A DNA stretch of 64,000 nt from Ferruginibacter sp. (GCA_044225605.1 JBGAIJ010000005.1:82704-146703); one strand, 5' to 3'; numbered from the stretch's first letter, positions 18,358 through 28,587 are shown. The notes: generated from the letters alone by a model not told the origin. Program-made: numbers and translations.

Positions 18358-20604
18358 TTACCACTGCGATAATTTGACTGTGCCCAACGGACCAGAAGCA
18401 GTTACGCTGCCATGCCCGCTTATTAGGCTCACCCTGTCTTCCACACCAACCTGAACTGATTTACCAACAGGTCCCACTTTTACACCAACACTTGCTTCAG
18501 CCTTGGTTACCATCGTTACATCACCAATACCTTTGCTGCCAATTTCCACTTCCACTGCTTCAGAAACTGTGGCGCCTGCTTTTACAGGGCCTTTACTAAT
18601 ACCCACACCAGCTTCAATACCAGCAGTAACGGTGCCACCCCATTCTTTTACCTGGTTATCTTTATCCAGCTCAACAGTAACATCAGCGCCGATAGATCCT
18701 TCTATTTTAATGGGGCCAGCCTGTCCGCCTATACCAACCTTAGGTGTTAGTTTTACAGTGCTGCCAATGTATTCTGTTCCCAGTTCTTTTTCGGTAATCT
18801 TTACCTGCCCCATGTTATAAGTGGTTTTGCTATGGCTGCAATTGGTTTCAATAACTACTGCTTTCAAATCAATTTTACTGTTGTACTGGCAGGCAACATC
18901 ATCAAACTCCTGCAGCTTGGTTTTGCCGGGTTCTTTTTCGTTTTTTTTGCATATATATTGTGTTATGGAAACGAAGGGGAAATTATAAAAAGGAGGTTCG
19001 CCTTCACCCATTCCCTGTTTCAGCGTGCCCAGCCAGCTCATTTGCAAACCGAGTTTAGAAGCTTCGAACATGGGCGGCCACTGAATATATGTATACCAAT
19101 AAGCATTTTCATTAAGGAATTCTTTCTGCAGCTGTAACTGTTCCTGGTAAAACTGGTAGAGCTTAGGATTTACTGCTTTTAAATACTTGTCACTGGTTTC
19201 TTTATACTTCGGGCAATAATCTTTGTTGGGCTTTCCTTCGCCTGTTTGTTCTTCATCTTCCTCATGAAGTTTTTTCATTTCATCTTCATACGCATCCTTC
19301 AGGTTTTTCCATTCGCCTTGCGTAAAGTCGCTTATCTTTTTACCTAACGCAGTCATTTTTTTACTGTACAAATCAGTATATGCACTTAATGTTTTACCCG
19401 CCCTGTCTGCAAACATGGGCACTGATATAAAATCGCCGGTAGTACCAGGGTTAGCCATGGCTGCTTTTACTAAATTTAAATCGGCATTCATTCGCTGCTG
19501 CTGGTCTTTTACCGCCATTTCATCCGCTTCCTTTTTCTGTTTTGACAGTTGCTTCATTTTATCATTAACCTGAATAAAAAATGCTGTCCATTCTTTTTCT
19601 GATTGTACACATTCTTCCACCGATGAAGGGAAACCCGGTGCCTGGAAACCACCAAGATTCATTGGGTCGGCTTTTGTGCGCCTGGGCAGCCTGAAACTTT
19701 TTGTATTCAATTTTTCTCCAAGCTTTGCCAGCTTATCTTCTTTGTCCTTGGTATAAGAATGTAAAATGGATTTTTCCAAAGCTTCTTTTGCCTGTGAAAT
19801 ATTTCCTTTGCTTTCTTCAATGGCAGCCTTTGTATAGTTGGCTTGCGGATGATAGGCATAGATGCGGATAACACTGTCTAAGTATTTTTCTGCTTTACCA
19901 ATTTCTCCCAAACCAAACCATGCCTGACCCAGGTTATTAAGCAGTGTACTGTTTTTAGGAAATTTTGCATTCAGGTTGTTGAGAATGGGTATGGCCAGTT
20001 GTGGTGCATCCAGCATAGAGAGCATGGATGCATAGTTGTTGAGGTTATCTGTATTGGCGGCGTCATCCGTACAAAGTCTTCCTAAAATATGTATGGCAAT
20101 TTGTGATTGGCCTGCCATCCACAGGCCCACAGCCATATTACCTGCTGCACCGGAATTTTTGCTGATGGATTTTATGTAGCCGTACGCTTGATTACCCGTT
20201 GCCACTGCCTCAGGTTTTAAAACTGCTGTAACACTTTTTTGCACCGCTGCTATATAAGCCGGCATGCGGGCATCTGTAACTGCATTGGGTATGGCTGCAA
20301 TACGGGCTGCATCTCTTTTCGGCACAATGCGGTTTTCATCTTCCCAGGCTGTTGCCAGTTGTTTATCGCTAACACCGGAAACATTTTTTGCAGTTTTTTT
20401 TAAGTCGGGCATTTTAATACCCATGCTGTCCATCATCTTTTTATCCTCCGGGCTCATTTCACCCATCATCTTTTCTGCCTCTTTCATCATTTCCTGCATT
20501 TCTTTTTGAGTGGGCGGTTTTTCCTTTTCATTTTTTTTGCCGGGTTGTGCTGTTGCAAACAAACCTGTGGTTAATATAAGCAACAAGCAAAAATGCTTTT
20601 TCAT
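18358..20604 (-). CDS. Secreted TPR-repeat protein with Gly/Val-rich C-terminal beta region
   Basis: Signal peptide. TPR-like NNLGQAWFGLGEIGKAEKYL...ANYTKAAIEESKGNISQA. C-terminus rich in G-x-x-x-G / V-x-V. Confidence 0.75.
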   Translation of the reverse strand: MKKHFCLLLILTTGLFATAQPGKKNEKEKPPTQKEMQEMMKEAEKMMGEMSPEDKKMMDSMGIKMPDLKKTAKNVSGVSDKQLATAWEDENRIVPKRDAARIAAIPNAVTDARMPAYIAAVQKSVTAVLKPEAVATGNQAYGYIKSISKNSGAAGNMAVGLWMAGQSQIAIHILGRLCTDDAANTDNLNNYASMLSMLDAPQLAIPILNNLNAKFPKNSTLLNNLGQAWFGLGEIGKAEKYLDSVIRIYAYHPQANYTKAAIEESKGNISQAKEALEKSILHSYTKDKEDKLAKLGEKLNTKSFRLPRRTKADPMNLGGFQAPGFPSSVEECVQSEKEWTAFFIQVNDKMKQLSKQKKEADEMAVKDQQQRMNADLNLVKAAMANPGTTGDFISVPMFADRAGKTLSAYTDLYSKKMTALGKKISDFTQGEWKNLKDAYEDEMKKLHEEDEEQTGEGKPNKDYCPKYKETSDKYLKAVNPKLYQFYQEQLQLQKEFLNENAYWYTYIQWPPMFEASKLGLQMSWLGTLKQGMGEGEPPFYNFPFVSITQYICKKNEKEPGKTKLQEFDDVACQYNSKIDLKAVVIETNCSHSKTTYNMGQVKITEKELGTEYIGSTVKLTPKVGIGGQAGPIKIEGSIGADVTVELDKDNQVKEWGGTVTAGIEAGVGISKGPVKAGATVSEAVEVEIGSKGIGDVTMVTKAEASVGVKVGPVGKSVQVGVEDRVSLISGHGSVTASGPLGTVKLSQW

Positions 20605-20650
20605 ATTATTTATTTAGTGTGTAAATATTGCATTTGGTTATAGGTTTAGC

Positions 20651-20707
20651 TATCCCTTAAAAGCAGGATATTTATGAGAAAGTAAAAAATCATGGAAAAA
20701 AGGGAGA
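20651..20707. promoter_or_regulatory. Candidate NarL/LuxR-type operator pair in the divergent intergenic region
   Basis: Imperfect 20-bp palindrome TATCCCTTAAAAGCAGGATA (20651-20670) and a similar AATCATGGAAAAAAGGGAGA (20688-20707). Confidence 0.35.
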
Positions 20708-20784
20708 AAAGGACAATGAGAATCATGTTCTTTTGTAAAGCCCAAATTGCCTTTCAATTAACTGGCTAACTAAACCTTCGGCTC

Positions 20785-22752
20785 ATGCAGAAAAAATGTA
20801 TAATTATTTCGGCGTTTTTTATTGCTGTTTCATCTTTGTATGGTCAGCAGCATGTACTTGACAGCATAAAGAACAGAATTAAAACAGAGGCAAATGATTC
20901 TGAAAGGGTACGCTTGCTGGTACAGCTGGGTAATAAAAGCAGGCTGACAGATACTGTGGAGAGCTGGCGTTGTTATGCGTCTGTTGACTCAATTGCAAAG
21001 GCAACCGGCAATGCATTTTTTGCCGCACAGGCAGATTTTTTGCATGGCACAATCTGTATTACTTCCAGGAAATTTGAAGCAATTAGTTTTTTGGATAAAT
21101 CGGCGCAGGGGTTTTCAAAATTCCCCGGAAACAAAAGAGCGCAGGTTTCTTTGGGATCGGCACTTATTAATGCAGGGCTGGTGCATTACATTGGTGGCGA
21201 TTGTGCAACTGCAGTGGATTATTTTTTACGTGCAGAAGAAATTTATCTTAAGTACAACCCGGCCAGCCCTGATCTTGCTGCATTGTACAGTAATATGTCA
21301 ATGGCTTATTCAACATTGAATAAACCGGAAGAAGCACTGGCCATCAGTAAAAAAGGATATGACTTTGCAAAACGAATCAACGATAAGCAAACTTTAACCG
21401 CTGCATATTTTACATATGGCGGTAACCTTGTGGCTGCAAAAAAAGGAAACAGCGGCCTTGCCATTCTTGATTCAGCAAAAGCTTTAGCAAAAGAAGTGGG
21501 CAATCAAAACATAGTTTACATGAGCGATTTTATGAAAGCCATGTATTACTATAACAATAAACTGTACCAGGAAGCCATTGATTATTACACTGCCTGTTTG
21601 AAGCAGGCAACTGCAAATAATTTTGCTGTTGGTATTGGCAGCAACTATCTCAATATTGCTGCCTGTGAGGCAGAGTTGAAAAGGGCAGCACTGGCAGCAG
21701 CACACCTCGATTCGTCTGCAAAATACCTGGATTATACAAATCCTTCTGAAGCCAAAATGCAATATTTTGAAAATTATGCACAGGTGTACAGGCTGATGGG
21801 CAAATATGAAAAAGCATTTTCGTTTAAAGATTCAGTTGGTGTTATAAAAGATTCTTTATACCAGCAGGATAATATGCGTCAAATGGAATTCAGGCAGGCA
21901 AGGTATAATTATGATGCAAAGCAACAAGAAGTAAACGCATTGCAATCGGAACAAAAAATACAGCAACTGGAAATTAGCCGTAAAAGCACACTGAATTATT
22001 TGCTGGGAGGCGGTGCAGTTGCTTTAATACTCATTTCCTTTCTTGGCTTCCGCAACTTTAAACAAAAACAAAAATTACAACAGCAACGCATTAGCGAACT
22101 GGAAACAGAAAAACAATTAGCTGCTACCGAATCTGTTTTAAAAGGAGAGGAGCAGGAACGCACCCGCCTTGCAAAAGATTTACATGATGGCCTGGGAGGA
22201 ATGCTTTCAGGAATAAAATACTCATTAAACACTATGAAAGGAAATTTAGTAATGACCCCCGACAATGCACAGGCGTTTGAACGAAGCATGGATATGCTTG
22301 ACAGTTCAATTAAAGAAATGCGCCGTGTGGCACATAATATGATGCCAGAGGCTTTGGTAAAATTTGGGCTGGATACAGCGCTGAAAGATTTTTGCAATGA
22401 TATAAACCAAAGCGGCGCTTTAAAAATAAACTACCAAAGCATTGGTATGGAAAATGCAGCTATTAATCAAACCACTGCTATAACCATATACCGTATTGTG
22501 CAGGAGCTCATAAACAACACCATTAAACATGCAGCTGCTAAAACTGCCATTGTGCAGCTTGCAAAAACGGAAGGCCGGGTTGCAGTAACTGTGGAAGATG
22601 ACGGGAAAGGATTTGATGCTGTACTTTTACAAAAAGCAAAAGGCATCGGGTGGACGAATATTCAAAGCCGGGTGGAGTTTTTAAAAGGCACTATGGATGT
22701 ACAATCCGGCGAAGGCAAAGGCACATCGGTGCATATTGAATTAACTGTATGA
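20785..22752 (+). CDS. TPR-domain sensor histidine kinase (HisKA_3 / NarX-UhpB class)
   Basis: Signal peptide, TPR-like periplasmic region, one TM, ERTRLAKDLHDGLGG H-box, EDDGKGF and GKGT. Confidence 0.9.
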   Translation: MQKKCIIISAFFIAVSSLYGQQHVLDSIKNRIKTEANDSERVRLLVQLGNKSRLTDTVESWRCYASVDSIAKATGNAFFAAQADFLHGTICITSRKFEAISFLDKSAQGFSKFPGNKRAQVSLGSALINAGLVHYIGGDCATAVDYFLRAEEIYLKYNPASPDLAALYSNMSMAYSTLNKPEEALAISKKGYDFAKRINDKQTLTAAYFTYGGNLVAAKKGNSGLAILDSAKALAKEVGNQNIVYMSDFMKAMYYYNNKLYQEAIDYYTACLKQATANNFAVGIGSNYLNIAACEAELKRAALAAAHLDSSAKYLDYTNPSEAKMQYFENYAQVYRLMGKYEKAFSFKDSVGVIKDSLYQQDNMRQMEFRQARYNYDAKQQEVNALQSEQKIQQLEISRKSTLNYLLGGGAVALILISFLGFRNFKQKQKLQQQRISELETEKQLAATESVLKGEEQERTRLAKDLHDGLGGMLSGIKYSLNTMKGNLVMTPDNAQAFERSMDMLDSSIKEMRRVAHNMMPEALVKFGLDTALKDFCNDINQSGALKINYQSIGMENAAINQTTAITIYRIVQELINNTIKHAAAKTAIVQLAKTEGRVAVTVEDDGKGFDAVLLQKAKGIGWTNIQSRVEFLKGTMDVQSGEGKGTSVHIELTV

Positions 22753-24665
22753 GGCATTATTTACTTGTAATAATTCTGTTTTTTTGTGCAGCCTTGCAAA
22801 CGGCTGCACAAACTATTTCGGGCAGTAACGACACTGCTGCTGCCAACCGCATGAATGAGTATGCGGAAAAAATTCAGTTTACCGACCCATTAAAAGCTAT
22901 TGCCACAATTGAATCATCAATAGCATTGTGCACTAAGATAAATTATGCTTACGGGCTTTCTGTTGCATACGGTTTGCGTGCCGGGCTGTTGTTTTACGAA
23001 ATGAAATTAGACAGCAGCAAACTATTGCTGGACAAAGCGTACACCGTAATACAGGATAAAAAAGACAAAGCAGCCACCACGCAGGCTGCCACCATATTAA
23101 ACCGCTATGCAGCCATTTTTCAACGCAGGAAGAATTATGATTCTGCTGTGGCATATTACCTGCGTGCCATGAATGTTTTTACAGCAAATGGCGATGGACT
23201 GAAAATTATAAACTCCTATTACAACCTTTCGGGCATATACAAATATTTAAATGACACGGCTAAAATGTTTTTTTACGCAAGGGAAACAAACCGCCTGGCA
23301 GCAAACGCAAAAGATACTGGCTTAATAATACGTGGATTAATTACGCTGGCAGATGCATATAATTTTATTAAAGATTACGATAGTGCCGTTTACATTTCTA
23401 AAAAAGGATTGGCACTTGCTCAACCACTGCGTATAACTTTTGCCATTGGTATTTTTAACAATTATACCGGGCAATATTTTGCCAATAAAGCATTGCAGTA
23501 CGACTCTGCTATTAAATACTACAATGCAGCGCTAACATCTTTTAAAGCCATCAACACACAGTATGATATTGCGCTGGCGCTGCAAAACCTGGGGCAGGTT
23601 TACCTTAAAAAGAAAGAATATGCTACTGCACTCAGGTTTTCTAAACAGGCTTTAGCATTGGCACAAGAATATAAGTTTGATGAAGTGCAAACAACCAGCC
23701 TGCTTAATTTGGTATATGCCCAGGAACAATCTGGGAACATTACGGAAAGCTTTAACTATTTAAAAAAATATGTACAGCTGAATGACTCAGTACAGAGCCG
23801 CAACAGCCAGAAAAAAGTTTTTGAGCTGGAAGCAAAATACCAGGCACAAAAAAAGGAACTGGAATTGCAGGCAAAGCAGGATATTATTGCACAAAAAAGT
23901 TCACTGAATTATTTATTGTCTGGCAGTACATTATTGCTGTTGGTTACATTGTCGCTTTTATACCTTAACTACCGTCATAAACAAAAACTGCAACAACAAC
24001 GCATTGCCGATTTGGAAATGCAACAGCAATTAACAGCTACAGCAGCAGTTTTAAAAGGAGAGGAACAGGAACGCACACGCCTTGCAAAAGATTTACATGA
24101 CGGGTTGGGTGGTATGCTCAGCGGCATAAAATATGCTATGGGCGCTATGAAAGATAACTTGATAATGACACTGGAAAACAACCAGTCGTTTGAACGCAGC
24201 ATGGATATGCTGGACAGCTCTATAAAAGAAATGCGCCGTGTGGCGCATAACATGATGCCTGAAATATTGGTAAAATTTGGGCTGGATATTGCTTTGAAAG
24301 ATTTCTGTAACGACATTAATCAAAGTGGCGCATTGAATGTAACCTATCAAAGCATTGGTATGGAAAACGCAGCGGTGGAACAAACAACTGCAATTACTAT
24401 TTACCGTGTAGTACAGGAGCTGGTTAATAATACTATGAAACACGCTGCGGCAAAAAATGCCATTGTGCAAATAACAAAGCTGGATGGACAGATTGCAGTA
24501 ACAGTGGAAGATGACGGTAAAGGTTTTGATGTTGCACAAATGCATAAAGTAAAAGGTATTGGGTGGACAAATATTAAAAGCAGGGTTGAGTTTTTAAAAG
24601 GCAGTTTAGATATTCAGTCAGGGCCGGGAAAAGGCACCTCAGTTCATATTGAAATAAATGCATAA
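22749..24665 (+). CDS. Second TPR-domain sensor histidine kinase (HisKA_3)
   Basis: Same architecture and nearly the same kinase core. ATGA overlap with the upstream gene. Confidence 0.9.
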   Translation: MRHYLLVIILFFCAALQTAAQTISGSNDTAAANRMNEYAEKIQFTDPLKAIATIESSIALCTKINYAYGLSVAYGLRAGLLFYEMKLDSSKLLLDKAYTVIQDKKDKAATTQAATILNRYAAIFQRRKNYDSAVAYYLRAMNVFTANGDGLKIINSYYNLSGIYKYLNDTAKMFFYARETNRLAANAKDTGLIIRGLITLADAYNFIKDYDSAVYISKKGLALAQPLRITFAIGIFNNYTGQYFANKALQYDSAIKYYNAALTSFKAINTQYDIALALQNLGQVYLKKKEYATALRFSKQALALAQEYKFDEVQTTSLLNLVYAQEQSGNITESFNYLKKYVQLNDSVQSRNSQKKVFELEAKYQAQKKELELQAKQDIIAQKSSLNYLLSGSTLLLLVTLSLLYLNYRHKQKLQQQRIADLEMQQQLTATAAVLKGEEQERTRLAKDLHDGLGGMLSGIKYAMGAMKDNLIMTLENNQSFERSMDMLDSSIKEMRRVAHNMMPEILVKFGLDIALKDFCNDINQSGALNVTYQSIGMENAAVEQTTAITIYRVVQELVNNTMKHAAAKNAIVQITKLDGQIAVTVEDDGKGFDVAQMHKVKGIGWTNIKSRVEFLKGSLDIQSGPGKGTSVHIEINA

Positions 24666-24668
24666 ACT

Positions 24669-25286
24669 ATGCGCACAAAAGTATTTATTGTTGACGACCA
24701 TTACATGGTTATAGAGGGCATCCGCTCTTTATTGCAAAACGAAAAAGATATTGAATGGGCAGGCCATGCCTCTAATGCAGCCAGCTGTCTGGCTTTTTTA
24801 CAGCAGCAACAGCCCGATGTTATTTTAATGGACATAAACCTGCCCGATAAAAGTGGTATTGATTTGTGTAAAGAGGTAAGAGAAAAATACCCTGCAGTTT
24901 TTGTAATTGGTTTAAGTACGTTTAACCAGCAGAGTTTTATACAAAAAATGATAGAAAATGGTGCCAGCGGCTATGTGCTTAAAAATGCCACACAGGAAGA
25001 ATTAATGGAAGCAATTGCTGCTGTTGCCGGCGGAAAAACATTTTTAAGTGATGAAGCAGCTCAATCGCTGCGAAAAAATAATGAAGGAGACATACCTGTG
25101 TTAACCCGCCGTGAAAAAGAAGTGCTGGAACTAATTGCTGATGGATTAACCAACAACGAAATTGCAGGCAAACTTTTTATAAGTGTAACAACAGTTGATA
25201 CCCACCGTAAAAATTTATTGGCAAAGTTTGATGCCCGCAATATAGCATCACTTATAAAAGCTGCTATGCAAATGCAGTTGATTTAA
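24669..25286 (+). CDS. NarL/LuxR-family response regulator
   Basis: IVDDH, LMDINLP receiver motifs and LTRREKEVL...TVDTHRKNL HTH. Confidence 0.93.
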   Translation: MRTKVFIVDDHYMVIEGIRSLLQNEKDIEWAGHASNAASCLAFLQQQQPDVILMDINLPDKSGIDLCKEVREKYPAVFVIGLSTFNQQSFIQKMIENGASGYVLKNATQEELMEAIAAVAGGKTFLSDEAAQSLRKNNEGDIPVLTRREKEVLELIADGLTNNEIAGKLFISVTTVDTHRKNLLAKFDARNIASLIKAAMQMQLI

Positions 25287-25295
25287 GGCAGGCTA

Positions 25296-26525
25296 TTATT
25301 CAAAATCATTGTACAGCAGGTATTTTTTGCGTATAGCTTTAAATTTAACCAGGCCCGGTTGCCAGCTTTGTTTAATTTCTTTTTCTGTTTTACCCTTTTT
25401 TACCTGTTGCTGAAAAATACTGTTGCCGGCAAGTTTGTCAATAAAATTATTTTTAAGGAAGAAGCTGTCTTTACCGGGAAAAAGTTTGTAAGCATCTAAA
25501 ATATATTTAAGCTGAATTTTGCCATCCACAATTTTCAAAATTTCTTCATTATTGCCATTAATAAACCAGCCATAACAGGTTTGATAAAAACACTTGCTGC
25601 TTTTTGAGCCCAGGTTGGGTTTGGGTACAAAACTGTACAGGTTTTTGGGTAAGCTGGGGTGGCCAAAAATTTGAAAAGGATAATCGGTGCCGCGGCCTTC
25701 ACTTAAAACAGTACCTTCTATTAAACAGGTGCTGGGGTATAAATAAATGCTTTGCATTGTTTTTAAATTGGGGCTGGGCATTACGGGCAGCACGTATTTG
25801 CTTTTGTGTGTGTAGTTCTGGTTTTTAATAACCATAAAATGAAATGGTGTATCTGCATTGGGTTTGGTGGTAATATTATATGCATTAACAGCAACCGCTT
25901 CTTTCGATATCCATTTTTCACCCAGCAGCATCATGGCATATTCACCCATCGTCATGCCGTAAACAATGGGTACAGGCTGCCAGCCAATACCACTTTTAAA
26001 TTTCAGGTCCAGCACGGGGCCATCTACATAAAAACCATTGGGGTTAGGCCGGTCAAGCAATAATAATGGTTTGTGATTTTCCAATGCTGCTTCTAAAAAA
26101 TCCTGCATAGAATTGATGTAGGTGTAAAACCGGCAGCCTACATCCTGCAGGTCAAATACCAGTACGTCCACACCTTTCAAATCATCTGGAGTGGGTTTGT
26201 GGTGGCTGCCATATAAACTTATTACAGTTATACCTGTTTTTTTATCTTTTGCATCGCTCACGTGTTCGCCTGCATCAGCATCGCCGCGGAAACCATGCTC
26301 CGGCCCAAAAATTTTAACTACGTTAATACCGCTTTTCAATAATGTATCTATAAGGTGTGTATTGCCCACCATACTGGTTTGATTGGCAAAAACTGCTACG
26401 GCCTTGCCTTTCAGCAGCGGAAAATAAACTGCTGTTCTTTCAGCACCGGGAATAATTTTATTTTGCGCCGTGGCAGTGCCGGCAATTACTAAAAACGAAA
26501 TGAAACAGCTAATCAGTTTTTTCAT
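25296..26525 (-). CDS. DUF1343 / exo-beta-N-acetylmuramidase NamZ-family protein
   Basis: FGPEHGFRG, FDLQDVGCRFYTY, LDRPNPNG, PSPNL and SEGRGT. Confidence 0.85.
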   Translation of the reverse strand: MKKLISCFISFLVIAGTATAQNKIIPGAERTAVYFPLLKGKAVAVFANQTSMVGNTHLIDTLLKSGINVVKIFGPEHGFRGDADAGEHVSDAKDKKTGITVISLYGSHHKPTPDDLKGVDVLVFDLQDVGCRFYTYINSMQDFLEAALENHKPLLLLDRPNPNGFYVDGPVLDLKFKSGIGWQPVPIVYGMTMGEYAMMLLGEKWISKEAVAVNAYNITTKPNADTPFHFMVIKNQNYTHKSKYVLPVMPSPNLKTMQSIYLYPSTCLIEGTVLSEGRGTDYPFQIFGHPSLPKNLYSFVPKPNLGSKSSKCFYQTCYGWFINGNNEEILKIVDGKIQLKYILDAYKLFPGKDSFFLKNNFIDKLAGNSIFQQQVKKGKTEKEIKQSWQPGLVKFKAIRKKYLLYNDFE

Positions 26526-26649
26526 GCCTTAAAGGTGCTGAAAAGTTTTTAAATCACTCTCCCTTTTATCAAGTAATTTGCAGCCGGTTTCAATATAAAT
26601 CAATGCTGCTGCGCATTTAGGGCAATGCTGAATAAAGCTGAAAATGTTA

Positions 26650-26678
26650 AAGTGTCCGCCAGCGGCGGAACGATGTTG
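26650..26678 (+). repeat. Variant of the modular repeat with small GC hairpin
   Basis: aagtg-tccgcc agc ggcgga-acgatgttg: conserved ends around a 6-bp hairpin. Confidence 0.45.
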
Positions 26679-26715
26679 AAACAAATTAATTAGTTGACAA
26701 CAAAAAAAATAAAAA

Positions 26716-27144
26716 ATGAGTACAGCAAAAAATGGCGATAATGTAAAAGTACATTATACAGGCAAGTTAACAACCGGTGAAGAATTTGACTCAAGCGCCG
26801 GAAGAGAACCATTGGAATTTACAGTGGGCGCAGGGCAAATGATTAAAGGTTTTGATGCCGCTATTCCGGGTATGGCAATAGGCGATAAAAAAACAATCAA
26901 TATTCCTGCAGCGGAAGGTTATGGGGAAAGAAGTGAAGAAGCGGTTATTCCTTTTCCAAAAGAAAACGTACCAGCCGATATGAAACTGGAACCCGGTATG
27001 CAATTAACCCTGAGCAACCAGATGGGCCAGCCTGTACCTGTTGTGGTGCTGGAAGTAAAAGATGATGTGATTATGCTGGATGCCAATCATTTTTTAGCCG
27101 GTAAAGAGCTGGTGTTTGATATTGAACTGGTTGCTATTAATTGA
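26716..27144 (+). CDS. FKBP-type peptidyl-prolyl cis-trans isomerase (SlyD/FkpB-like)
   Basis: VKVHYTG, FDSS, GQMIKGF and DANHFLAGKELVFDIEL. Confidence 0.92.
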   Translation: MSTAKNGDNVKVHYTGKLTTGEEFDSSAGREPLEFTVGAGQMIKGFDAAIPGMAIGDKKTINIPAAEGYGERSEEAVIPFPKENVPADMKLEPGMQLTLSNQMGQPVPVVVLEVKDDVIMLDANHFLAGKELVFDIELVAIN

Positions 27145-27168
27145 TAATTTATAATTGATAATGAATAT
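27141..27168. repeat. Heptamer tandem array
   Basis: TTGATAA TTTATAA TTGATAA TGAATAT overlapping the FKBP stop. Confidence 0.55.
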
Positions 27169-27282
27169 TGAAGCAGTTTGTAAAAGCAGGCTGCTTTTTT
27201 TTAACTTCGGGTGTTGTATATCGAATGTTCTTAAACCCGGTAACATTTGATATTCACAAATTCGGCATTTATATATTTTACC

Positions 27283-28545
27283 ATGATTCAAATAAGCCCC
27301 GACAACATTGCAGACCGCTTTATGCGATACGTACGCATAGACACACAGAGCGACCCTAACAGCACTGCTCATCCCACAACAGAAAAACAAAAAGACTTAA
27401 GTAAATTATTGCTGAAAGAATTATATGGCATGGGCATTACCGATGCTTCCACTGATGAGTATGGATATGTGTATGCAACCATTCCCGGTAACAGTGATAA
27501 AAAAAATATACCTGCCATTTGTTTTTGTGCGCATGTGGATACAGCGCCTGATTGCAGTGGCACCGATGTAAAACCCATTCATCACCGTTATTATGACGGT
27601 AACGATATTGTATTGCCCGATGATAATACACAAGTGTTGAGTGTAAATAATTCACCTTACTTAAAAGAACATATTGGCTATGGTGTAATTACCGCCAGCG
27701 GTTTAACCTTGTTGGGTGCCGATGATAAAAGCGGTGTGGCTGCAATAATGGAAGCGGCCATGTATTTTATGCAATACCCCAACGTTAAACACGGCGATAT
27801 AAAAATTTTATTTACGCCTGATGAAGAAGTAGGGCAGGGCACCGCAAAAGTGGATATGCAAAAACTGGGCGCTGCTTTTGGTTATACTTTAGATGGTGGC
27901 GAAGCCGGAAGTTTGGAAGATGAAACATTTAGTGCCGATGCCGCAACAATTATTATTAACGGCGTTATTACGCACCCCGGTTATGCAAAAGATAAATTGG
28001 TAAATGCATTAAAAATTGCAGGCGCTGTTTTAGAAGCATTGCCAAAAAATGAATGGAGCCCCGAAACAACAGATAAAATGCAGGGCTTTGTACATCCTGT
28101 GGCGGTAAATGGCATTGCAGAAAAAGCCACCATACAATTTATTGTTCGTGATTTTGATGATGCAACTTTGCAGCAGCATCACGAAAGGTTAAAAGCAATT
28201 GCAGCAGCAGTAGTGGCAAAATTTCCAGGCGCCACCATGGAGTATAAAACACAGGAGCAATACCGCAATATGAAAAATGTGCTGCGTGACTATCCGCAGG
28301 TGGCTGCTTATGCAGACGAAGCCATACAGCGTGCCGGGCTTACTGTAAAAAAAGAAAGCATCCGCGGCGGCACCGACGGCAGCCGCTTTGGTTATTTGGG
28401 TATGCCCTGCCCCAATATTTTTACTGGTATGCAAAACATACACAGCAAGCTGGAGTGGATTGGCACCAAAGACATGGCCAAAGCAGCAGAAACCATTGTG
28501 CATTTAAGTATGATTTGGGAAGAGAAAACCCCCTCCGCCGCCTGA
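27283..28545 (+). CDS. pepT: Peptidase T (tripeptidase, M20B)
   Basis: AHVDTA, LLGADDKSG, FTPDEEVG, GYTLDGG, IRGGTDG and IHSKLEW. Start placed at ATG 27283. Confidence 0.93.
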   Translation: MIQISPDNIADRFMRYVRIDTQSDPNSTAHPTTEKQKDLSKLLLKELYGMGITDASTDEYGYVYATIPGNSDKKNIPAICFCAHVDTAPDCSGTDVKPIHHRYYDGNDIVLPDDNTQVLSVNNSPYLKEHIGYGVITASGLTLLGADDKSGVAAIMEAAMYFMQYPNVKHGDIKILFTPDEEVGQGTAKVDMQKLGAAFGYTLDGGEAGSLEDETFSADAATIIINGVITHPGYAKDKLVNALKIAGAVLEALPKNEWSPETTDKMQGFVHPVAVNGIAEKATIQFIVRDFDDATLQQHHERLKAIAAAVVAKFPGATMEYKTQEQYRNMKNVLRDYPQVAAYADEAIQRAGLTVKKESIRGGTDGSRFGYLGMPCPNIFTGMQNIHSKLEWIGTKDMAKAAETIVHLSMIWEEKTPSAA

Positions 28546-28555
28546 AGGGGAAACC
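28527..28555 (+). repeat. GC-rich REP-like element overlapping the pepT stop
   Basis: aaccccctccgccgcctgaaggggaaacc supplies the last codons (TPSAA) and the TGA. Confidence 0.45.
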
Positions 28556-28587
28556 AGCGAAGATAAAAGCGAAGTGGTGTTTTTCAA

